Source: Candidatus Zixiibacteriota bacterium
GTDB taxonomy: Bacteria; Zixibacteria; MSB-5A5; GN15; JAAZOE01
NCBI GenBank assembly: GCA_041394985.1
Contig: JAWLBI010000001.1
Span: forward strand, 2,198,882 to 2,262,881
Length of the DNA stretch: 64,000 bases
Direction: 5' to 3'
Shown: positions 1 to 8,696 of the stretch, piece after piece
Layout: every line of letters starts with the position of its first letter
Position numbering within the stretch: the stretch's first letter is position 1
Notes under the pieces: generated by a model
Databases searched by the model: none
What the model was told of the DNA's origin: nothing
The model's input: only the letters and a program-made list of their open reading frames with translations
Made by a program: the position numbers and the translations under genes

Positions 1-1
1 C

Positions 2-196
2 AATACTGCCGATGTTCTTATCTCACTTCATGGAAAGTACGGAACGATTTCTGAAATGTCGTTCGCACTCAAGCAAAAAAAGCCGTTGATTTCTCTCGTC
101 AAATGGGATATCCTTCCTGAGGTTATTACAATAACGGATCCTCAGGAAGCGGTGGCGAAAGCCGTCGAACTCGCGGCAGACTATGTCATTAAGTAA
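2..196 (+). CDS. 3' end of a LOG/TIGR00725-like Rossmann-fold protein (5' end cut off by the window edge)
   Basis: Frame 2 is open from the window edge to TAA at 194-196. The translation ...ADVLISLHGKYGTISEMSFALKQKKPLISL... resembles the C-terminal GG-GT-E region of LOG/TIGR00725 proteins. It overlaps the next gene by 14 nt. Confidence 0.4.
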   Translation, partial: NTADVLISLHGKYGTISEMSFALKQKKPLISLVKWDILPEVITITDPQEAVAKAVELAADYVIK

Positions 197-458
197 CGTC
201 AAAATCATCGTCAGCGGCCTCGTCCAGGGGGTCAGCTTTCGCTATTTCACCTATCGCACAGCAAACAGTCTCGGCATCACCGGCTATGTCAGAAATCTTC
301 CGACCGGTCAGGTCGAAATAATCGCCAGCGCCGAAAAAGGTCTGATCGATGAACTGATCGATGCCGTCCGCGTCGGGCCGTCGTATGCATCGGTGTCGGG
401 CGTGCAGGTCGAAGAAATCCCCATGGCGGAAACCTATCAAAAATTCGATATACGATAA
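183..458 (+). CDS. acyP: acylphosphatase
   Basis: 91-aa ORF. VSGLVQGVSFRYFT and GYVRNLPTGQVEI match the two acylphosphatase signature regions. Confidence 0.85.
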   Translation: MSLSNVKIIVSGLVQGVSFRYFTYRTANSLGITGYVRNLPTGQVEIIASAEKGLIDELIDAVRVGPSYASVSGVQVEEIPMAETYQKFDIR

Positions 459-461
459 GGA

Positions 462-998
462 TTGAATCTCATGAATCTCAAAGACGTCATCCGAGAAATT
501 CCCGATTTTCCCAAGAAAGGCATTCTCTTTTTCGACCTCACGACGATTTGCACCAATCCCGACGCATATAAATACAGCCTCGATGACTTCGAGAAACAGT
601 TCAAGGCCAAAGGCATCACGCGAATTGCAGCCGTCGATGCGCGCGGTTTTTTATTCGGCGGAGCGCTCGCCGATCGCCTCAATCTCCCGCTGACCGTGAT
701 CCGCAAAAAAGGCAAACTCCCATACAAAACGATTTCCGCCAGCTATGAATTAGAATATGGCACGGATACGCTCGAGATGCACATCGACTCGGTCGACAAG
801 GGCGACAAGGTCGCAGTTATCGATGACCTGCTTGCAACAGGCGGAACGCTTGATGCCTCGTGCCGCATGGTCGAGGAGCTCGGGGGAGAGGTAGCACTGG
901 TCGCAGTCGTAGCCGAATTGACATTCCTGCCCGGCCGCAAGAAACTGGCGAAATACGACTTATACTCGCAAGTCAAGTACGACAGCGAGGCGTGTTAG
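462..998 (+). CDS. apt: adenine phosphoribosyltransferase
   Basis: 178 aa. IPDFPKKGILFFDLT and the PRPP-binding loop VAVIDDLLATGGT are typical of Apt. Confidence 0.9.
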   Translation: MNLMNLKDVIREIPDFPKKGILFFDLTTICTNPDAYKYSLDDFEKQFKAKGITRIAAVDARGFLFGGALADRLNLPLTVIRKKGKLPYKTISASYELEYGTDTLEMHIDSVDKGDKVAVIDDLLATGGTLDASCRMVEELGGEVALVAVVAELTFLPGRKKLAKYDLYSQVKYDSEAC

Positions 999-1016
999 AA
1001 ACGCCTCCTATACGGC

Positions 1017-1157
1017 ATTCCGAATGAGGCCCGTCTTCGGGCCGATTGAGGAATCTGTTCTTGTCATCCCCTCTGGAGAGGGGTGCCCGAAGGGCGGGGT
1101 GTGTTCTCTTCTTTCTTCCCCTTTTTAGACCAGTCCGTACCCCACCCACTGGGTGGG
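1017..1157. repeat. cluster of four short GC-rich hairpin modules (dispersed repeat family)
   Basis: Hairpins: ggcccg-tctt-cgggcc (1028-1043), cccctc-tgga-gagggg (1068-1083), gccc-gaa-gggc (1085-1095) and cccaccc-act-gggtggg (1141-1157). The first module (1017-1055, cattccgaatgaggcccgtcttcgggccgattgaggaatc) recurs at 52716-52757. Confidence 0.75.
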
Positions 1158-1236
1158 AAATAGAGGCGATCTTTCTGATATAATCTCATCTCATTATTCC
1201 ATTGTAACTCACTCGTAAATCTCGTACATTCCATCC

Positions 1237-2424
1237 ATGTATCCGATCGTGCGAATAAAGAAAAACGCGGGCGCCCAATTTCGCCCATATCATCCATGGA
1301 TTTATACCGGTTCGCTGGAGAAGCCGTCCGATGATATTCAGCATGGAGATTTTGTTCATGTCGAATTAGACGGCACCATCATCGCCACAGGGATGTATTC
1401 GCGCCATTCGATGATTGCGGTACGCTTGATGGCGTATAAACGGACAACGATTGATAAAGAGTGGGTGCGCGAGCGCATCCAAAAGGCGATTCGCCTCCGA
1501 CAGGATTTTGGGCCGTTGCCGCTTCCTCAGACGACCGGTTGGCGTGTGATATTTGGTCAATCCGATGCCCTTCCCGGGCTGGTTGCGGATAAATATGGAG
1601 ATACCGTCGTCATCCAAATCTCGACGGCGGGAATGGATACCCTAAGAGATATCATTGTCGAATGTCTGATCGAGGAACTAAAGCCTCGCTGCATTTACGA
1701 GCGTAGCGACATGGTTGCCCGCTCGGAGGAAAAGCTGCCCAATCGCACCGGTCTGTGTTATGGCGAGGATTTCGAATATGCGGAATTCCTGGAATCCGGT
1801 CGACGATATCTGGCCGATTTTAAGGCCGGTCAGAAAACCGGTTTTTATCTGGATCAGCGAGAACTCCGCAATGCAATTGGAGAATTTAGCCGAAATAAAA
1901 AGGCCGTTGATATATTTTCTTATACCGGGGCAGCAGGCATTGCTGCATTGGCCGGCGGCGCCTCATCTGTCGAATTCGTCGATTCCTCGGCTTCCGCGCT
2001 TGATTTGTGTAGAAGGCACACTATACTGAACAATTTCCCGGAACAGAATATTACGACGACCGAGGCCGATGTTTTTCAGTGGATCGCAGATAAAAAGGAG
2101 CCGGAGTATGACCTCGTCATGCTTGACCCGCCGGCATTAATTAAATCTCGCAAACACATCGAGGCGGGGAAGAAGGCATATCATTTCCTCAACCGAGCCG
2201 CCCTGCGCATAATAAAGGACGGGGGGCTGTTCGTTACCTCGAGTTGTTCTGCCTACATGACCCATGATATGATGGTCGAGATGCTAATCAATGCCTTAAA
2301 ACAGGCCAATGTCGGATTAACTATTTTTAAAACGGTACAACAGAGTCCTGATCATCATGTGCCTGTATTTTTCCCCGAGGCGTTCTATTTGAAGTCAATC
2401 TTTTGCACTGTCCAGAGGTTTTAG
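1237..2424 (+). CDS. class I SAM-dependent rRNA (cytosine-C5) methyltransferase, RlmI-like
   Basis: 395 aa. It has an N-terminal PUA-like region, the SAM-binding DIFSYTGAAG motif and MLDPPALIKS (the DPP motif of RlmI/RlmK-type enzymes). Confidence 0.75.
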   Translation: MYPIVRIKKNAGAQFRPYHPWIYTGSLEKPSDDIQHGDFVHVELDGTIIATGMYSRHSMIAVRLMAYKRTTIDKEWVRERIQKAIRLRQDFGPLPLPQTTGWRVIFGQSDALPGLVADKYGDTVVIQISTAGMDTLRDIIVECLIEELKPRCIYERSDMVARSEEKLPNRTGLCYGEDFEYAEFLESGRRYLADFKAGQKTGFYLDQRELRNAIGEFSRNKKAVDIFSYTGAAGIAALAGGASSVEFVDSSASALDLCRRHTILNNFPEQNITTTEADVFQWIADKKEPEYDLVMLDPPALIKSRKHIEAGKKAYHFLNRAALRIIKDGGLFVTSSCSAYMTHDMMVEMLINALKQANVGLTIFKTVQQSPDHHVPVFFPEAFYLKSIFCTVQRF

Positions 2425-2482
2425 AACCATCTTTCCCTTGAGTTAGCTCTCTATTTTATATATACTGGCAGTGCCGAAACAT

Positions 2483-2556
2483 GCCCCCGTAGCTCACCTG
2501 GACAGAGCGGAGGTTTCCTAAACCTTAGGTAGCAGGTTCAAGTCCTGCCGGGGGTA
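2483..2556 (+). tRNA. tRNA-Arg (anticodon CCT)
   Basis: Hand-folded cloverleaf: acceptor gcccccg/cgggggt (G1-U72 wobble), D arm gctc-acctggaca-gagc, anticodon arm gaggt-ttCCTaa-acctt, 5-nt variable loop, T arm gcagg-ttcaagt-cctgc, discriminator A. No encoded CCA. Confidence 0.85.
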
Positions 2557-2681
2557 TTAAAATCGTTATTTCTCTATTTGTCATATAGCACTGCGATTTA
2601 AATTTCTTTATCTTGTAAACTGTCATTCGGCAGAACGAAACTCCAAAGGGGCTTTTACATTACTCTTTCAAGGGGTGTTAT

Positions 2682-3626
2682 ATGTTTTCAATCAATGCGA
2701 AACGGGAATATCTCGTCAAAACGGTAATGGTGTGTGCGCTTTCACTCTTTTTCCTTACTGCATTTATTATTGCCGGAGATGTGTCGTCTCAATTGAAAAT
2801 ACCGGCCGAGGGGAATAAGCAGATTCTGACGCTCACTGACGGTTCAACGCTTATCGGCAAAATCAAGGAAGTCCAGGAGAATACGATCGTTTTTGTCACC
2901 GACATGGGCGAAATCACGGTCGATATCGAGAAGATTGTCGAAGTGAAGGAGATCGCTGAGAAGTCCATTAAGGAAGGGAAATACTGGTTTGATAATCCGA
3001 ACCAGACGCGTCTGTATTTCGGTCCCACAGGGAGAATGCTGAAAAAAGGCGAAGGATACTTTGCCGATGTCTATCTCTTTTTCCCCAGTGTGACATACGG
3101 TGTGACCGATAATATTACCGTATCCGGCGGCGTGTCTATTTTCCCGACCGACGATATCGGTGAACAGATTATTTATTTCACACCCAAAATCGGTTTTAAT
3201 TCATCGCCCAAGTTGGCGTTCGCGGCGTCGGCCTTCATTGTTCGAGTTCCCGACTGGTTCGGCGATGATGATGACATCGACAATGATGGCGACGATGACA
3301 TTGTCGATGTGCTCGGGATTCTGTTTGCCACGACGACATATGGCACACCGGATAAAAGCATAACATTCGGCCTTGGCTTCGGATTCGCCGACAGCGAAAT
3401 CGCCGATAAGCCGGCCGTGCAAATCGGAGGCGAATATCGCCTGGCCCGGCGCATGTCTTTCGTTACCGAGAACTGGGTGTTTCCGGAAGTCGATCAACCG
3501 CTGCTTTCATATGGTCTGCGATTCTTTGGCGAGAACATGGCAGTCGATCTGGCGCTGTTCAATGTACTTGACGAAGATGCCGTCGTTCCCGGCATACCGT
3601 ATATCGACTTCGTGTATAATTTTTAA
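2682..3626 (+). CDS. hypothetical secreted/outer-membrane protein with a poly-Asp loop
   Basis: 314 aa with an N-terminal hydrophobic signal/anchor and alternating beta-strand-like C-terminal sequence ending in aromatic residues (FVYNF). It contains the acidic stretch DWFGDDDDIDNDGDDDIVD. Confidence 0.5.
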   Translation: MFSINAKREYLVKTVMVCALSLFFLTAFIIAGDVSSQLKIPAEGNKQILTLTDGSTLIGKIKEVQENTIVFVTDMGEITVDIEKIVEVKEIAEKSIKEGKYWFDNPNQTRLYFGPTGRMLKKGEGYFADVYLFFPSVTYGVTDNITVSGGVSIFPTDDIGEQIIYFTPKIGFNSSPKLAFAASAFIVRVPDWFGDDDDIDNDGDDDIVDVLGILFATTTYGTPDKSITFGLGFGFADSEIADKPAVQIGGEYRLARRMSFVTENWVFPEVDQPLLSYGLRFFGENMAVDLALFNVLDEDAVVPGIPYIDFVYNF

Positions 3627-3641
3627 AGATAACATCCATTG

Positions 3642-3711
3642 AGGTGCGGGAAGATTTTGTGTACACTTGATATATATTCCCGCACCTGACCGGGAAGAGA
3701 TTAGTTCCCGG
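3642..3711 (+). other. tandem stem-loops downstream of the 2682-3626 gene
   Basis: aggtgcgggaa/ttcccgcacct forms an 11-bp perfect stem (3642-3687). It is followed immediately by ccgggaa/ttcccgg (3690-3711). There is no T-run, so a terminator role is uncertain. Confidence 0.35.
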
Positions 3712-3771
3712 CGAGTTTACCGGCATAACCGATTCCTGCCGGGAGGATTAGTTTATTGGGAGGGCTGACTT

Positions 3772-4365
3772 TTGAAGTCAATCGTTATATTCATTCTTAT
3801 CTTTGGATTTTTGGCGACTATTGCATTTGCCCAGAGCGAGTATGTCGAGTACGGGCAAAATTCCGTCGGCGGGGCGGTTTCCTTTGGCACGTACAATAAA
3901 ACCACGAGCGGCTATGAGTTTTCTCTCGGCATGTCATCCAATGGGACGACAGATATAAATGCGTCTTACCTCTATATCAAACATCGCCAAAGCCATGCGG
4001 AAGTGAAGTCGGTTACACTATCGCATCTCCTGTTAAAAGAAGGGCGCTGGGGCGTACCCTTTTCATTTGGTCTCGGAGTCGGGTATACGATGACAGGGCT
4101 GGATAATTATCCGTCGGCGCTGGTGGCATTATTCAAGAAGATTCGCATCAATGACGGTACGTATCTACAGCCATCGGTTATCGGCGCGTATCTCGATCCG
4201 ATGGGGGACGAGCAAAAGAGATTGGGGCAGTGGGAAATCGGTGTTTCGCTGTTCTTTAGCAGTCCCAAACAAGTGTACTTCATCAAACCGGCGGTCGTCG
4301 TAGGCAAGGGGGATGACTTTATCGGTATCTCTGTCGGATTCTTATATAAGACTCACCACAGGTAA
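3772..4365 (+). CDS. hypothetical signal-peptide protein, small beta-barrel-like
   Basis: 197 aa with a TTG start 8 nt after the RBS gggaggg. Signal peptide ends FLATIAFAQ, and the sequence is Gly/Tyr-rich with alternating residues. Confidence 0.45.
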   Translation: MKSIVIFILIFGFLATIAFAQSEYVEYGQNSVGGAVSFGTYNKTTSGYEFSLGMSSNGTTDINASYLYIKHRQSHAEVKSVTLSHLLLKEGRWGVPFSFGLGVGYTMTGLDNYPSALVALFKKIRINDGTYLQPSVIGAYLDPMGDEQKRLGQWEIGVSLFFSSPKQVYFIKPAVVVGKGDDFIGISVGFLYKTHHR

Positions 4366-4374
4366 AAAACTATT

Positions 4375-5085
4375 ATGTGCGAAATATTCAAATGTCCATA
4401 CTGTGGCGCAACAATTGATTCAAAATATATTCAGGAGCAATTCCGGACCATGCGCTGCCCGGGGTGCGAGGTGCATATCGAAATTCCGGATGAAGTCAGA
4501 GAGAGACTTGCTACGCCAACTCAGGAAGTCATTACTCCCAAAAAGAAAAGACGACCGCTATTCATACCTTGCAATAGGGATCCCATTCCGCTTCTTAATT
4601 TGTATAAATACGACAAGTACATCCTTATCGCGATAGGGATAATGTTATCGATGGGGAGCGTTTATGGCCTTTACCGGACATTATTTTCAATTAGACTCCA
4701 AGTGGCCTGTTTCGGTTCTGTTCTCATTCCGATTATTGGGAGTATTCTGTTAATTGGGTGTCTTTTAACCGGTATCGGATTGATACGAAATAATCCCCGA
4801 TCAATAACATGGGCCAGGTTTTTCTATTTGCTTCAAATTCCGGTCATCCAATCCGGTGTAATGTGGTATGCCTTTTATGCGGGTGCAGCGGGGGTTCTCT
4901 TGATATTCGTCGATTTTAACCCGGTGATATCTCATTCTTTAATGTTTGGAGGACTCCTATATCTGACTTTAGCCGAGGGATTTTTGCTGTCTATTGGAAT
5001 CAATTACATTGCACTTGCCTGCTGGGGGTATTTTATTTATCGCGGCAAATACAGGGCTGCGCTGGACAGGATTGCCTCCGAGTAA
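4375..5085 (+). CDS. zinc-ribbon membrane protein, hypothetical
   Basis: 236 aa. N-terminal CPYCG...CPGCE zinc ribbon followed by about five hydrophobic helices. Confidence 0.5.
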   Translation: MCEIFKCPYCGATIDSKYIQEQFRTMRCPGCEVHIEIPDEVRERLATPTQEVITPKKKRRPLFIPCNRDPIPLLNLYKYDKYILIAIGIMLSMGSVYGLYRTLFSIRLQVACFGSVLIPIIGSILLIGCLLTGIGLIRNNPRSITWARFFYLLQIPVIQSGVMWYAFYAGAAGVLLIFVDFNPVISHSLMFGGLLYLTLAEGFLLSIGINYIALACWGYFIYRGKYRAALDRIASE

Positions 5086-5159
5086 AAAGTTTTAGTTGTC
5101 TCACACGCTCTCTTTTCTGAAGTTATTCTAATCATTTCATTTCACCAGTAGGATGTTGT

Positions 5160-5987
5160 ATGCGAATTCTTGTATTGTCTTTCATGTTGTGTTTGCTGTC
5201 TGTCGTTGCCTGCGAAAAATCCAAGCCGGAAGTCTGGTATCCCAAGGTCACATATGAAATGCGCCAATTGGAGCGGACTATCGGCGTCGATGTCGATACG
5301 TCCAAATCCTATGCCATCATTCAGGTCGCATATCCGGAAATCACCATGGCCGACCGCGACACCGTCAAGACGCTCATCAATCAATATATCTATTGCCATA
5401 TCCTCGATCAGTTCGAGGACAGTCTGTGTCAGACGACGATTGAATCGCAGATGGATAATTTTATCGCCGAATATAAAGACTTCAAGGATTTCGTGCCGGA
5501 TTTGTCTCAGCACTGGGAGAGCCGGACGACGGTGTCGGTTATTAACGACACCCTTGGTATCTTCTCAATCGGCTTGACGACATACAGTTACACGGGCGGC
5601 GCTCATCCCAATGCGTCGTCGTTTTTTGCGAATTTCAGCTCCTACAATGGGGACTATATCAGGCTTGAGGATGTCCTAATTGAGGGATATCAGGAAGAGC
5701 TCACGAAAATCGCCGAAATTCAATTCCGACAGGCGAAGAATATCGGCTTGAATGACAGCCTCAGTTCGGCAGGATACTGGTTCGCAGATGATACATTTTA
5801 TCTGAATGACAATTATTTATTCGGGAAGGATAATCTAATATTCTTTTATAATCTGTATGAGATCGCGCCGTTCTCGATGGGTTCATCGGAGATTAAAATA
5901 CCATACAAGCTTATGGGAAGTCTGATAAAACCGGAGAGCGTGCTCGGGCAATATTTCTATGGACGGTACGGCTATGAAAAAAAATAA
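5160..5987 (+). CDS. DUF3298/DUF4163-type lipoprotein
   Basis: 275 aa. Lipobox LSVVAC. YSYTGGAHPN and FFYNLYEIAPFSMG match the conserved GGAH and Y-x-IAP motifs of DUF3298 proteins. Confidence 0.6.
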   Translation: MRILVLSFMLCLLSVVACEKSKPEVWYPKVTYEMRQLERTIGVDVDTSKSYAIIQVAYPEITMADRDTVKTLINQYIYCHILDQFEDSLCQTTIESQMDNFIAEYKDFKDFVPDLSQHWESRTTVSVINDTLGIFSIGLTTYSYTGGAHPNASSFFANFSSYNGDYIRLEDVLIEGYQEELTKIAEIQFRQAKNIGLNDSLSSAGYWFADDTFYLNDNYLFGKDNLIFFYNLYEIAPFSMGSSEIKIPYKLMGSLIKPESVLGQYFYGRYGYEKK

Positions 5988-6726
5988 AGAATGGTGGCAG
6001 GATTTCTTCGATGATTTCGCCCCCGCGTTCGATCTGGTTCCGGCCAAAATTGTCAATCAGGATGTTCGCTTTTTTATTAAAAAACTGAAGCTGTCAAAAG
6101 GGAAATCATTTCTCGATTGCCCATGCGGTATCGGACGAATTTCCATCCCTATGGCGAAGCGGGGCATTCGTGTCACGGGTGTGGATTTCATGCAGCCCTA
6201 TCTCGATATCCTGGCCGATCGCACAATAAAAGCTGGCGTGAAAATAACGACCGTCCGGCGGGATATGCGACGGATTCAATATACGAATCAGTTCGATGCC
6301 GCTGGTAATATCTGGACATCTCTGGGGTATTTCCAAAAAGAGAGCGATAATTTCCTCGTCGTCAAGAACCTGTACCGGGCTCTCAAACCGGGCGGGCGAG
6401 TCCTGTTTCATATGATAAACCGGGACTATGTCATAGCCAATTTCCGCCCGCATATATGGGAACAGGTGTCCGGGATGTATATCCTCAATGACAATTCGTT
6501 CGATTTCCAAACGTCGCGCGGCGACACGAATTGGCTGTTCATAAAAGACGGTCAGGAAAAGCGGCTGCACTCCGACTTACGAATTTATTCCTATCATGAA
6601 TTATATGCCATGATGCGCAAGGCGGGCTTTGTCGATATCGAGGGGTTCTCATCCGTAAAAGAGGAACCTATTTCTCAACAGAATCGCATGATGTTCGTAT
6701 TTGGTACAAAGCCAAAATCTCGATAA
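5959..6726 (+). CDS. class I SAM-dependent methyltransferase
   Basis: 255 aa. Motif I is LDCPCGIGRISIPMAKRG followed by VTGVD. The start may instead be the ATG at 5974. It overlaps the stop of the upstream gene. Confidence 0.75.
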   Translation: MDGTAMKKNKEWWQDFFDDFAPAFDLVPAKIVNQDVRFFIKKLKLSKGKSFLDCPCGIGRISIPMAKRGIRVTGVDFMQPYLDILADRTIKAGVKITTVRRDMRRIQYTNQFDAAGNIWTSLGYFQKESDNFLVVKNLYRALKPGGRVLFHMINRDYVIANFRPHIWEQVSGMYILNDNSFDFQTSRGDTNWLFIKDGQEKRLHSDLRIYSYHELYAMMRKAGFVDIEGFSSVKEEPISQQNRMMFVFGTKPKSR

Positions 6727-6735
6727 GCGAGGCGT

Positions 6736-7431
6736 ATGTCCGAACAAGCCAAGGCCAACCGTCAGTATAAATATTATGATTTCATCATGGCGATTTTCGT
6801 TATGGTGCTGCTTTGTTCCAATCTCATCGGCCCCGCGAAAATCTGGAGTATCTATGGTCTGTCGTTCGGGGCCGGGATTCTGTTTTTCCCAATCAGTTAT
6901 TTATTCGGCGATATTCTGACTGAAGTCTATGGGTATGCTCGCACCCGGAAAGTTATCTGGGCGGGATTCGGAGCGCTCGTCTTCGCAACGATTATGACTC
7001 GGGTCGTTCTGGCATTGCCGCCGGCTGAAGGGTGGGTCGGGCAGGAGGCGCTTGATTTCGTCTTCGGCAGTACGCCGCGTATCGTGTTCGCATCGATTAC
7101 GGCTTACTGGGTCGGCGAATTTTCCAACTCATATGTTCTGGCGAAGATGAAATTGTGGACGAAGGGGCGATTCCTTTGGATGAGGACAATCGGTTCGACT
7201 ATCGTCGGAACCGGAATCGACTCGGCTATTTTTTATCCGGTTGCATTCTGGGGCGTATGGACGAATGAACAGGTGATATCGGTGATGCTCGGTAATTATG
7301 CGCTGAAAGTGCTATGGGAAACGGTTGCGACTCCGTTCACATACAAAATAATCGGCTTTCTCAAGCGAATCGAGCATGAGGATTATTACGACACCAATAC
7401 GGACTTTACGCCGTTTTCGGTTAAGACCTGA
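6736..7431 (+). CDS. yhhQ: queuosine-precursor transporter (YhhQ/DUF165 family)
   Basis: 231 aa multi-pass protein. FPISYLFGDILTEVYGYARTRKVIWAGF is characteristic of the family. Confidence 0.8.
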   Translation: MSEQAKANRQYKYYDFIMAIFVMVLLCSNLIGPAKIWSIYGLSFGAGILFFPISYLFGDILTEVYGYARTRKVIWAGFGALVFATIMTRVVLALPPAEGWVGQEALDFVFGSTPRIVFASITAYWVGEFSNSYVLAKMKLWTKGRFLWMRTIGSTIVGTGIDSAIFYPVAFWGVWTNEQVISVMLGNYALKVLWETVATPFTYKIIGFLKRIEHEDYYDTNTDFTPFSVKT

Positions 7432-8361
7432 TTATCGGTACCAGACACCGCCGATAAATGCGCTGTCGAGGACCATATCTCCGTTATCAAGAAGCCCAAT
7501 TCCTGGGGCATAGAATTCGCTGTATGGCGGGTCTTCAGGGTCGTCACCGGTGGGATCATAGTATAATTCGGCAACGCTCTCGAATGTTCCGGCCGGGACC
7601 GTTTTGCTTTCATAATTAATGAAGGTCAAAGTCCCTTCAATATCAACGTCTTGATATACACAATTAATCCCACTTCGAATCCATATGCCTGAACTATAGT
7701 TATGCGTTCCCGTCGATGGCAGGTTAAATGGTATTTCCAATGGGTCTATTACTTCAATTGATATTGCTCCGGTTAAAAGATGTACAAAAAAGCCCGAGTC
7801 GTTTATTGACCAGGCCTCTGCAATTTCATTGTTATGATAGATTTTTGTAGCGGTCACTGTGCATAATGTGCTATCTGCCTCAACCGTACGCTTAATCGTA
7901 TGGCCGCTGTCATTGGTGTAGTACCAGGTATCGCCGAGAGCCATCGGGAAGTACTCCTCGCCGAAAGTCACGATTTTACCGGCCGAGACGGTGATGGAAT
8001 CGTCCCCGCCGTTTGAGGATACCGTTATTTTTCCGGAGGACGATCCGAGTTTCATTGCGGTGCGATCGAGAGTGATCGTCACCGTCGTCGGGGTAGTCGT
8101 CACGCCGCCACTGTCGACGTCGACCGTCATCCAGGACGAATCGATGTCGATTTCCCAGGCCAATTCTCCCGTACCGGCATTGGAAATCGTAAAGGAGCGA
8201 GTCAAATCGGTATTCCCAAAGGCGATGATATCGACCGATACTGCCAGTACCGGTTCGGTCGGAATCGGCGGCGTCGGTTTGTCGTCTCCGCAGCCAAAGA
8301 AACCGGTCGAGGTCAAAAACACTATGAATAACAGTATTGTGCATCGTATTTGCTGATTCAC
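7432..8361 (-). CDS. hypothetical lipoprotein with a BACON-like N-terminal domain
   Basis: 309 aa. Lipobox GFFGCG. FTISNAGTGELAWEI...WMTVDVDSGG...TVTITLD resembles BACON domains. Its stop abuts the yhhQ stop with zero spacer. Confidence 0.5.
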   Translation of the reverse strand: MNQQIRCTILLFIVFLTSTGFFGCGDDKPTPPIPTEPVLAVSVDIIAFGNTDLTRSFTISNAGTGELAWEIDIDSSWMTVDVDSGGVTTTPTTVTITLDRTAMKLGSSSGKITVSSNGGDDSITVSAGKIVTFGEEYFPMALGDTWYYTNDSGHTIKRTVEADSTLCTVTATKIYHNNEIAEAWSINDSGFFVHLLTGAISIEVIDPLEIPFNLPSTGTHNYSSGIWIRSGINCVYQDVDIEGTLTFINYESKTVPAGTFESVAELYYDPTGDDPEDPPYSEFYAPGIGLLDNGDMVLDSAFIGGVWYR

Positions 8362-8603
8362 GACAACTCTCTCCGAAATAGGTTACAATTCTCCTGCATG
8401 CCCATAATATATACTCTATCGGCTCGATTTCGACCATACTTTTTCGTCGGAATGGACAGAATTGCGCGATTTTCGGATTTGACGTATCCGTATCGGGCGG
8501 AATTATTTATTTCACAATTTCGGCCGTGAAACGTCTGCACTGTAAGCGGCAGGGGCGGTGGGCGACGGAAGAGGAAAATAGGGAAGATTAAACAATAAAC
8601 CGA

Positions 8604-8632
8604 TTGACAGCAAATTGCGGAATTGTTATATT
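8604..8632 (+). promoter_or_regulatory. sigma70-type promoter for the 8697 outer-membrane gene
   Basis: TTGACA (8604-8609), a 17-nt spacer, then TATATT (8627-8632), about 65 nt upstream of the ATG. Confidence 0.6.
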
Positions 8633-8696
8633 TTCGCTCTGTCTGAGGATGATGGGTGAGAAAATCGGCCCGTGATAAATGGGAGGAATGTCCTGT

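Noticed and set aside
1064-1297. 77-aa minus-strand ORF between apt and the methyltransferase
   Set aside because: It is composed of the hairpin cluster at 1017-1157 and overlaps the start of the 1237 gene.
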